Part shown: positions 57,040-63,294 of the stretch, piece after piece
How positions within the stretch are numbered: the first letter of the stretch is position 1
Layout: the number at the start of each line of letters is the position of its first letter
From: Bacteroidota bacterium
GTDB lineage: Bacteria; Bacteroidota; Bacteroidia; JABDFU01
DNA: 64,000 nt
Direction of reading: 5' to 3'
Assembly (NCBI GenBank): GCA_013286385.1
Contig: JABDFU010000002.1
Location: forward strand, 20,575 to 84,574
The notes under the pieces: model-generated
What the model saw: the letters and a program-made list of their open reading frames with translations, nothing else
Database searches by the model: none
What the model was told of the DNA's origin: nothing
Made by a program: the position numbers and the translations under genes

Positions 57040-57402
57040 TCACAAACCTTCCAGGGACTGGCTAGACCGATAGTTTTTCGGGAGACTTTCCTGTATAAGC
57101 CCGTAGGAATGATCGATCCAATCTTTCAGCAATTTATCGCTGACCGAACCGTCAGCGATTATGCTGTTCCAGTGTTTTTTATTCATGTGGTAGCCGGGTA
57201 AAACACAGCTGTGTCGTTCCCTGAGTTCAATGGCTTTTTCAGGATCACATTTGACATTGAACCGAAGGGGCTCGCTATCCAGACTGACCAGCAAAAAGAT
57301 TTTCGTTCGAACCTTAAATACCAGTACCGTTTCGTCGAACGGAAAACTTTCTTCAACTCCTTTTTTACCAAGGCAATACTCCCTGAGTTCTTCGATATTC
57401 AT
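57040..57402 (-). CDS. MmcQ/YjbR family DNA-binding protein, 120 aa
   Basis: MNIEELREYCLGKKGVEESFPFDETVLVFKV..KIF...KCDPEKAIELRE....V.PGYHMNKKHWNSI matches the family pattern. Confidence 0.75.
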   Translation of the reverse strand: MNIEELREYCLGKKGVEESFPFDETVLVFKVRTKIFLLVSLDSEPLRFNVKCDPEKAIELRERHSCVLPGYHMNKKHWNSIIADGSVSDKLLKDWIDHSYGLIQESLPKNYRSSQSLEGL

Positions 57403-57485
57403 TTTCGCTAAATTAACAATATCTTAAACCGGCGATTCATTGCACTTGTTAAATATTTTTAATTTTACCGTCCAAACCCAAACCC

Positions 57486-58127
57486 ATGAAGACCCGGAAA
57501 AAAATAAAAAAAGCAGCCTCAAAAAAAAACGCAGCGAAAAAAGTAACGGCGAAAAAAGCGGTCTCTGAAAAGGCAACTGCCAAAAAAGTTCCGGTTAAAA
57601 AGGCTTCATTCCCGAAAACAGCTCCTTCCGCAAAAATAATCGGGATGTTCCTCAAGGAAATGGAGCAGGAGGCTAAAACTACCCGAAAACTACTCGAACG
57701 TGTTCCCGATGATAAACACAACTGGAAGCCTCACGAAAAAAGCATGACCATGGCACGGCTCGCTACCCATATCGCTGAGTTGCCAACCTGGGTTTCAATG
57801 GCCGTTCATACCGATGAACTCAATTTCGAAAGCGGCAACTACGTTCCCAAAACCATAAAAAACAATGCCGAACTTTTAGAACTCCTCGAAAAGTCATTGG
57901 AAGAGGCCAGGGCTACCCTTGAAAAAGCAACTGATGAAATCCTTTCCAAGACCTGGGTGATGCGCAGCGGAGACAAGATATTCAGCAAATCAAGCAAGGC
58001 TGAAGTCATCCGCATGGCCTATTGCCAGATTGTTCACCACCGCGCCCAGCTTGGCGTATACCTGCGTTTGCTGAATATTCCGTTGCCGGGAAGTTATGGG
58101 CCCAGCGCAGACGATCAGAGCTTCTGA
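57486..58127 (+). CDS. DinB-family (DinB_2-like) protein with a 53-aa Lys/Ala-rich N-terminal extension, 213 aa
   Basis: Core from MFLKEMEQEAKTTRKLLERVPDDKHNWKPHEKSMTMARLATHIAELP to ..VHHRAQLGVYLRLLNIPLPGSYGPSAD. Upstream in-frame tail MKTRKKIKKAASKKNAAKKVTAKKAVSEKATAKKVPVKKA. Confidence 0.75.
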   Translation: MKTRKKIKKAASKKNAAKKVTAKKAVSEKATAKKVPVKKASFPKTAPSAKIIGMFLKEMEQEAKTTRKLLERVPDDKHNWKPHEKSMTMARLATHIAELPTWVSMAVHTDELNFESGNYVPKTIKNNAELLELLEKSLEEARATLEKATDEILSKTWVMRSGDKIFSKSSKAEVIRMAYCQIVHHRAQLGVYLRLLNIPLPGSYGPSADDQSF

Positions 58128-58137
58128 TTTTCAGGAT

Positions 58138-58465
58138 ATGAAGAAAGGGATATCCGGTTTTCCGGCGCTGGCAATCGCGATTGTCGGAACAAAAAAAACA
58201 GGCTGCTGTTGTGGATACCAGTCTTTATGTCCAGAACGTTTTACTAGAAGATTATTCGGGTCATCGGTGTCCAAATTGTCCGAATGCGGCTGTGTATAAA
58301 ACACTTCCTTCCACCTACAATGTGACCAATCGTTATACTTATGGTCCGATTCCCATAAATACGTCTATCGTCAACCTCAAACACTGCAACGTCATTGCTT
58401 ACGTTTACAATGCCACAACCTGCGAAGTCATCCAGGTGGTCAGCAAGAACATGCTGACCCCGTAG
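58138..58465 (+). pseudogene. Omp28-related (thioredoxin-like CxxC) outer-membrane lipoprotein remnant: frameshifted and internally deleted
   Basis: Frame 1 from the ATG at 58138 gives MKKGISGFPALAIAIVGTKK. After the A8 run at 58191..58198 the sense continues in another frame: ..VVDTSLYVQNVLLEDYSGHRCPNCPNAA, then jumps straight to C-terminal-like ..NVIAYVYNATTCEVIQVV. Total length is far below the family norm. Confidence 0.4.
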
Positions 58466-58473
58466 AAAAACTT

Positions 58474-58671
58474 TTATTTCTTGTGTTCTGTATTGATTTC
58501 CCCTCCATGCACATCATGGTGGTATCCATGGTTGTATGCCTCGTGGTGGTCAGGGTAATGCGAATGTTCGTATCCGTAAAAGTGGTGGTACCTTACATCC
58601 CCTCGGTATTCGGTCTCGCAGGAGGACAGTAACAAAACCCCTGCACATGCGCTAATCAGTATTTTTTTCAT
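58474..58671 (-). CDS. small His/Tyr-rich lipoprotein, 65 aa
   Basis: Start moved to the ATG at 58671: MKKILISACAGVLLLSSC (lipobox), then ETEYRGDVRYHHFYGYEHSHYPDHHEAYNHGYHHDVHGGEINTEHKK. Confidence 0.5.
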   Translation of the reverse strand: MKKILISACAGVLLLSSCETEYRGDVRYHHFYGYEHSHYPDHHEAYNHGYHHDVHGGEINTEHKK

Positions 58672-58765
58672 CTGGATTATTTTACTGCAAGGATACGGCC
58701 ACCCGCAGGATATAGGCTTACACAATCGCACGTGCGATTTGCATAATTCACAGAGGCTCTGGGAA

Positions 58766-59131
58766 TTACTTCCAGTAGTTCTTCATCAGGTCGGCAACCC
58801 AGCCTGGTTGCCTGATTTCTCCTTTGGGCTGAAACTCCCTGAAAACGGGCTTTATGTCCAGTACGGGCGTACCGTCAATGGCATCGAGATGCCACACTTT
58901 GATTGTTCTTCCCATGTGTTCGAGTAACTCGACGGTACAGAGTCCGAGGGATTGGCTTTATCAAAAAAAATAAATGATTTCGAGATGAGAAAACCGAGTA
59001 ATGTTTTCAAAGGCTTCGTCCGGGATATCTTCAGCAAGAACCAGTTCAGAAATTACCGGTCCCCAGTGATCATCCGTCGGCGTCCGGCGCGAATTCAGAA
59101 CGGTTGCAATTGTTTTGAGTTTTATTTCCAT
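58766..59131 (-). pseudogene. TsaA/TrmO-like (UPF0066) gene remnant with in-frame TGA TAA and an internal deletion
   Basis: Hand translation: MEIKLKTIATVLNSRRTPTDDHWGPVISELVLAEDIPDEAFENITRFSHLEIIYFF ** SQSLGLCTVELLEHMGRTIKVWHLDAIDGTPVLDIKPVFREF...*. The FSHL and DGTPVLDIKP hallmarks are present. The central ~30 aa (GVFATRSP.RPNP region) is missing. Confidence 0.55.
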
Positions 59132-59164
59132 TTTTTTTAAAGGATAAGCCTTAACTTTAAGGTA

Positions 59165-59827
59165 ATGAAAAAAATCATCCTCCTTCCACTGGTTGCAGTC
59201 CTTTTTTCTTCCTTTAATCTTAAAAAAAAAGAGCTTCTTAAAAAGAAAGAGTTTATCGGGAAAATCACCTATTCAATTGATACCTATTCGAAAAAGCCCG
59301 ATATTATTTCTCAGAACAGACTGGCGTCTTTGTACGGAGATAAAATGATCATTTACATAAAGAAAGGCGATATCCTGCGGGATTACAACGGACTTGATAT
59401 CAGTAAAGTCTATATTTTAAAATCGACCAATAAAGAATATTCGAAAAGAAACCATGTTGACAGCCTCTACGTCATGTCACTTGATTCCTCTGCCGAGAAA
59501 TTAATCAGCATGAAAAAGAGGGACTCGGTATTTGTTATTGCAAGACACCCCTGCCAGAGCCTGATCATTGAAACCGGAAATTCGCCTACGCACACCTTCC
59601 GGAATACCTATTACTACGATAAAGATCTGTATGTAGATCCGTCCGATTATAAAAACAGAAAATTCGGATACACGAACCTGTATTATGAGACAGCCAAAGC
59701 CCAGTGGCTGAAATACGTTCTGGAAACTGAAAACTGTATCATCACTTACACGGCAATTGAGATAGAAGAAACGGATGTGGACGATTCAATGTTCGTAGTG
59801 CCTAATTTTCCTAAGACACATTGGTAA
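59165..59827 (+). CDS. hypothetical secreted protein, 220 aa, AT-rich
   Basis: Signal peptide MKKIILLPLVAVLFSSF. No recognised domain. Confidence 0.5.
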   Translation: MKKIILLPLVAVLFSSFNLKKKELLKKKEFIGKITYSIDTYSKKPDIISQNRLASLYGDKMIIYIKKGDILRDYNGLDISKVYILKSTNKEYSKRNHVDSLYVMSLDSSAEKLISMKKRDSVFVIARHPCQSLIIETGNSPTHTFRNTYYYDKDLYVDPSDYKNRKFGYTNLYYETAKAQWLKYVLETENCIITYTAIEIEETDVDDSMFVVPNFPKTHW

Positions 59828-59836
59828 GCTATCAAT

Positions 59837-59870
59837 AAAGAGCCCCTCATCTGTAAATGAGGGGCTCTTT
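59837..59870. terminator. bidirectional rho-independent terminator between convergent genes
   Basis: Perfect 14-bp stem aaagagcccctcat / atgaggggctcttt with loop ctgtaa. A/T tracts are built into both ends. Confidence 0.7.
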
Positions 59871-59891
59871 AAGCAAATTGAACGCAAATTC

Positions 59892-60167
59892 TTATTTGTT
59901 CACGGCTGCTTTCAGTTCTGCGCCAGCTTTGAATTTTGCAACTTTCTTTGCAGAAATTTTAATTGCTTTTCCTGTTTGGGGATTGCGACCAGTTCTGGCA
60001 GCACGTTTTCCTACTGAGAAAGAACCAAATCCTACCAGCGCAACACGGTCTCCTTTTTTAAGAGCCTTTGTTGTTGCATTAACAAATCCATCAAGTGCGC
60101 GACCTGCTTCGCTTTTTGCGATTTTTGCTTCTGCAGCAATTGCATCAATTAATTCTGCTTTGTTCAT
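59892..60167 (-). CDS. hup: HU family DNA-binding protein, 91 aa
   Basis: [11 protein letters not shown]...[30 protein letters not shown]. Confidence 0.9.
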   Translation of the reverse strand: MNKAELIDAIAAEAKIAKSEAGRALDGFVNATTKALKKGDRVALVGFGSFSVGKRAARTGRNPQTGKAIKISAKKVAKFKAGAELKAAVNK

Positions 60168-60212
60168 TTTAATTTAATTTTTTAGGGTTAAACAATTAGT
60201 TATTTGTCTCTG

Positions 60213-60220
60213 CAAATATA
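60213..60220 (-). promoter_or_regulatory. candidate -7 box (TAtaTTTG on the minus strand) for hup, embedded in a 20-nt palindrome
   Basis: The plus strand reads caaatata, 46 nt upstream of the ATG at 60167. The palindrome tctgca-aatatata-tgcaga spans 60209..60228. Confidence 0.35.
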
Positions 60221-60313
60221 TATGCAGAAATAACTAAACTCAATGCCTGTGGATAATTCGGGGATTTTGTTAATAAAAATTGCATGTTTGACGACTCCTG
60301 TGCAGCTGATTGG

Positions 60314-61036
60314 CTAGGGATTCATTTTACTGAAAAATCCGCTTATCGCCTCGGTGTTGGCCTTTGCCCTGGCCTCGCTGGTTCCAAAAGTCAATTCTGT
60401 TTTTCCTTCCTTCATCTGATTGAAGACAGCTTCCACAAAATCACTGACAGCCGGGTTTCCGTCGTGTATCCCTTTTGCTCCCAGATCGGTGTTTAAAGCC
60501 GGGGGTATCATTTCGATTACCTCGATATTCTTAGTCTTTACCTGGTGCCGCAAGGAAAGTGTAAAGGAGCGCATGAACGCCTTTGTGCCACAGTAAACAG
60601 GAACCTTTGAGAGTGGAATAAAGGCAAGACCCGAGGAAACGTTGATGATGGTATTCAATGCTTTCAGCCCCAAAAATAAATTAGTCAGATGCAAGGGTGC
60701 AAGTACATTGGTTGTAATTTCTTCATGGGCCTTCTGATAAAAGTCTTTATCCGAAACATTCATCCATTTCTGTATACCCGCATTGTTTACGAGTACATTT
60801 AAACCGGGGTGATTTTTTGAAATCCAATTGTACAAGTCGATGCGTTCTGATTCGACAGACAAATCGCAAACTCTTGTAATCAAAGCGGGAAATTTTTCCG
60901 CCGCTGCTTTTAGTGCGTCTTCCCGCCTTCCGCATATAATAACCGTATTGTTTTCCCTGATAAAACGCTCAGCCAGTCCCAGGCCTATGCCCGTGGCTCC
61001 GCCGGTAATGAGAATTTTGTTGCTGTCTGGTTTCAT
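60314..61036 (-). CDS. SDR family oxidoreductase, 240 aa
   Basis: ILITGGATGIGLGLA cofactor motif and YCGTKAF catalytic YxxxK. Confidence 0.85.
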   Translation of the reverse strand: MKPDSNKILITGGATGIGLGLAERFIRENNTVIICGRREDALKAAAEKFPALITRVCDLSVESERIDLYNWISKNHPGLNVLVNNAGIQKWMNVSDKDFYQKAHEEITTNVLAPLHLTNLFLGLKALNTIINVSSGLAFIPLSKVPVYCGTKAFMRSFTLSLRHQVKTKNIEVIEMIPPALNTDLGAKGIHDGNPAVSDFVEAVFNQMKEGKTELTFGTSEARAKANTEAISGFFSKMNP

Positions 61037-61120
61037 GATTCGATGGCTTAGTTCATTTTTACTAAGGTAAGTTTTTTGAGGAATTTGTCTAAATTAGGCA
61101 TGCTTTAAAGCATGCCTGCA

Positions 61121-61682
61121 ATGACTAAAAAAATACTTGTACTTCTGATTTTTTCAGTTTCTGTTTTCAATGGCAACGCTTTTGCCGGTTCTCCTAAAAT
61201 CAACTCGTTCAGTCCATCAAGTGGTTCTGCAGGTACGCTGGTAATGGTAATCGGTAAAAACCTTGGCAGACCTGAATCTGTTACAATAGGCGGAGTTAAT
61301 GCACTAGTGGTATCTGCCACTTCTGTTTTGTTATCCAATTATGGTGACACGCTCGTGGCTATGGTAATGCCAGGTTCTTCTACAGGTGATGTGTCCATTA
61401 CAATATCCAAAGGCGCAGCAAAAGCCGGTGGTACTTTTAAAGTTATATCAACTTCTGATGCGGGTGCAATGCCTGAACGTAAATTAGTGGGCACAGGAGC
61501 GGTTGGTCATGTGCGTCAGGGGGGGGGCATAGCGCTTTCTGCTGGTGAGTGAAGTATATCAGGGGAACGCTGTTTCCATTTCGGCAGATGGGAATACGGC
61601 TGTAGTTGGAGGCAGTGTTGATGATAAGGCTAAGGGTGCGACCTGGATTTTTAACCGCTCATCCGGCGTTTGGTCCCGATAA
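61121..61682 (+). pseudogene. 5' remnant of a large IPT/TIG-domain repeat protein (frameshifted and truncated)
   Basis: Signal peptide MTKKILVLLIFSVSVFNGNAFA. IPT/TIG-like PKINSFSPSSGSAGTLVMVIGKNLG. The frame ends at 61552 (..QGGGIALSAGE*). Repeat-like sense resumes in another frame (VYQGNAVSISADGNTAVVGGSVDDKAKGATWIFNRSSGVW) and stops at 61682, 20 nt from a convergent gene. Confidence 0.5.
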
Positions 61683-61701
61683 ATTTTCAACTAAAGATCA
61701 T

Positions 61702-62157
61702 TTATTGAACCTGGGCAGGAGTTTTGTTGCTTGCAAATAAATCCTTGATTGATTTTCCAATGTCATCCATGCCCTTATCAAAATCAGTTTTAAATGAAGC
61801 CCATTTGTCCTTTCCGTCCGCTTTATACTCCTCCATTTTCTTTTTCATTTCACGGTTTTTTTGTTCCAGATCAGCGACACTTTTCGTATAATCTTCCCTG
61901 GCATCCTTTTTGACAGTTTCCGCTTTTACCTTAAGTTCTGCAATGTACCTGTCATTTGTTGAAATCTTTACCGCGGTTTCCTTCTTGCAATTTTCAATCT
62001 CAGCCAGGTATTCCTGATTTGCTTTGTCCAGGTCATTGTTTGCCTGCACAACATTGTTTTCTGCATTTTCTACTTTTTGGGTAGGCGTATTGCAACTTGT
62101 CGTTATCAGACCTGCAACGAAAGCAGATATTACCAGAATTAAATTTGACTTTTTCAT
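61702..62157 (-). CDS. helical lipoprotein of unknown function, 151 aa
   Basis: MKKSNLILVISAFVAGLITTSC lipobox. Lys/Glu/Asp-rich coiled-coil-like remainder. Confidence 0.5.
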   Translation of the reverse strand: MKKSNLILVISAFVAGLITTSCNTPTQKVENAENNVVQANNDLDKANQEYLAEIENCKKETAVKISTNDRYIAELKVKAETVKKDAREDYTKSVADLEQKNREMKKKMEEYKADGKDKWASFKTDFDKGMDDIGKSIKDLFASNKTPAQVQ

Positions 62158-62185
62158 TTTGTTTTTTTATTAGGTTAGTGAACGC

Positions 62186-62374
62186 TTATAAGTCGGCAAT
62201 AATTTTTTGTATTTGTTCCTTGGTTTTACCAAGTTTGGCTTGAAGTCTTTCCATAAGCTCATCCAGTTTGCCTTCTGCCAACTATAAATCACTATCGGTA
62301 AGAATGGCGAATTTTTGTTTCAGTTTTCCTTTGGTCTGGTTCCAATTTCCTTTCAGTTCAGTTAGATTTCCCAT
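62186..62374 (-). pseudogene. CsbD-family stress protein gene with an in-frame TAG at codon 31
   Basis: Hand translation: MGNLTELKGNWNQTKGKLKQKFAILTDSDL*LAEGKLDELMERLQAKLGKTKEQIQKIIADL*. It matches the CsbD pattern (GnW.q.kGk.K.k...LTddDl....Gk.d.L.g.lQ...G) on both sides of the stop. Confidence 0.6.
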
Positions 62375-62644
62375 CGTATAATTTACGTTAATTTTTCAGC
62401 TACAAAAGTCGGGAATGAAGGCCAGGTAGTTATTACAGGACAATAGGAAAGAGTTGTGAAATTCACATGCCGATCTTTGGTGAGCCTGTGCCTATAGTGA
62501 TTCTGTGAAATGTGCAACCGGTAAGATAGGTTCTGTAATAAAAACGCAAGAGTTGATTTTTTTGTCTGGACGAAGACCTCCCGTAGTGAAATAGGTGGGG
62601 GGGGCTGTCGTTTCAAAAGGTAATGGGATTTACGTCTAAAAGCA

Positions 62645-62670
62645 GAACGCCTCCAATATTGGAGGCGTTC
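62645..62670 (-). terminator. rho-independent terminator of the Cys-rich two-gene unit
   Basis: Perfect 26-nt palindrome gaacgcctccaatattggaggcgttc, 19 nt downstream of the stop at 62689. On the minus strand it is followed by ctgcTTTTag. Confidence 0.6.
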
Positions 62671-62688
62671 CACAATTAACTGCTGCCT

Positions 62689-62853
62689 TTACTTTTTGCA
62701 GCAACTTTTTCCGTCTATTCCGGAGCAGATTTTGGTGCAATCCATGCCACAACTGCAGTCGTTGCAAGATTTTGCATCAGCTTTTGCAATAACTCGGCTG
62801 ACGGTAAAGGTCAGGGCACATAGCAAAGCTATGATTGACAAATAGTTTTTCAT
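62689..62853 (-). CDS. small secreted Cys-rich peptide, 54 aa (not in the ORF track)
   Basis: Hand translation: MKNYLSIIALLCALTFTVSRVIA / KADAKSCNDCSCGMDCTKICSGIDGKSCCKK*. A signal peptide is followed by a 31-aa mature part with 7 Cys. A terminator lies immediately downstream. Confidence 0.5.
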   Translation of the reverse strand: MKNYLSIIALLCALTFTVSRVIAKADAKSCNDCSCGMDCTKICSGIDGKSCCKK

Positions 62854-62901
62854 TTGATTTAAGATTAAATTGTTTGACTTATTTTTTGACTAAAGGTGAA
62901 G

Positions 62902-63213
62902 TCAAACAATCTTCGGAGGGTGCCATGCGTCAGAAAGAAAATCAACGCAGGCTTTTTCTATTGGTGAACTGAAATTTTGATTGGAGTAAACAAACGGAGT
63001 GGAACAATTCTGAGGCTGTTCAGTGAGCGCATAAATTGAGCAGCAACTCATAAAAGGATTGCCCATTCCATTGCACTCTTTCGGCATCTTATCCGTACCG
63101 TGAGAACAGCAAGACCTGTGGCATTCAGTCTTTGGAGAAAATGCCAGGGTCAGTGACGGGGAAGCTGTCAGGAATAAAACGGTGATGCTTACCAGGAAGG
63201 CCAGGACTTTCAT
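62902..63213 (-). CDS. small Cys/His-rich protein with N-terminal hydrophobic anchor (resembles the DUF6660-type small proteins of Bacteroidota)
   Basis: MKVLAFLVSITVLFLTASPSL...ECHRSCCSHG...NPFMSCCSIY...WHPPKIV. The family resemblance comes from memory of the anchor ... C.PFC.C.CC ... PP pattern and is unverified. Confidence 0.45.
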   Translation of the reverse strand: MKVLAFLVSITVLFLTASPSLTLAFSPKTECHRSCCSHGTDKMPKECNGMGNPFMSCCSIYALTEQPQNCSTPFVYSNQNFSSPIEKACVDFLSDAWHPPKIV

Positions 63214-63294
63214 GTGCACTAAGGTAGTGAAAATTATGCCTGGTATTTTTCATAATTGTTGTAACTTCGGATTGAGTTTGATAAGTTCCCTGCC

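Noticed and set aside
56769-57073. 76-aa minus ORF (56769..56999) and a hand-found 44-aa plus-strand lipoprotein-like ORF (56939..57073, MKQIYVLALIVILLVASCKTTTYRGG..)
   Set aside because: The 76-aa ORF has no features. The 44-aa ORF has a plausible lipobox, but it overlaps the 3' end of the convergent MmcQ gene by 34 nt and has no other support. Evidence is insufficient for a call.
59857-60177. 106-aa plus-strand ORF
   Set aside because: It is antisense to the unmistakable HU gene.
62282-62284. Possibility that TAG is recoded (a sense codon) in this organism
   Set aside because: TAG terminates other well-supported genes in the window at the expected protein length (for example the TIGR02757 gene at 3442..3444 and the 389-aa gene at 10217..10219).
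62383-62673. 96-aa minus-strand ORF from the track
   Set aside because: It runs through the palindromic terminator and the G8 tract. Its Arg/Gln/Pro-rich composition is nonsense, and no motif is present.
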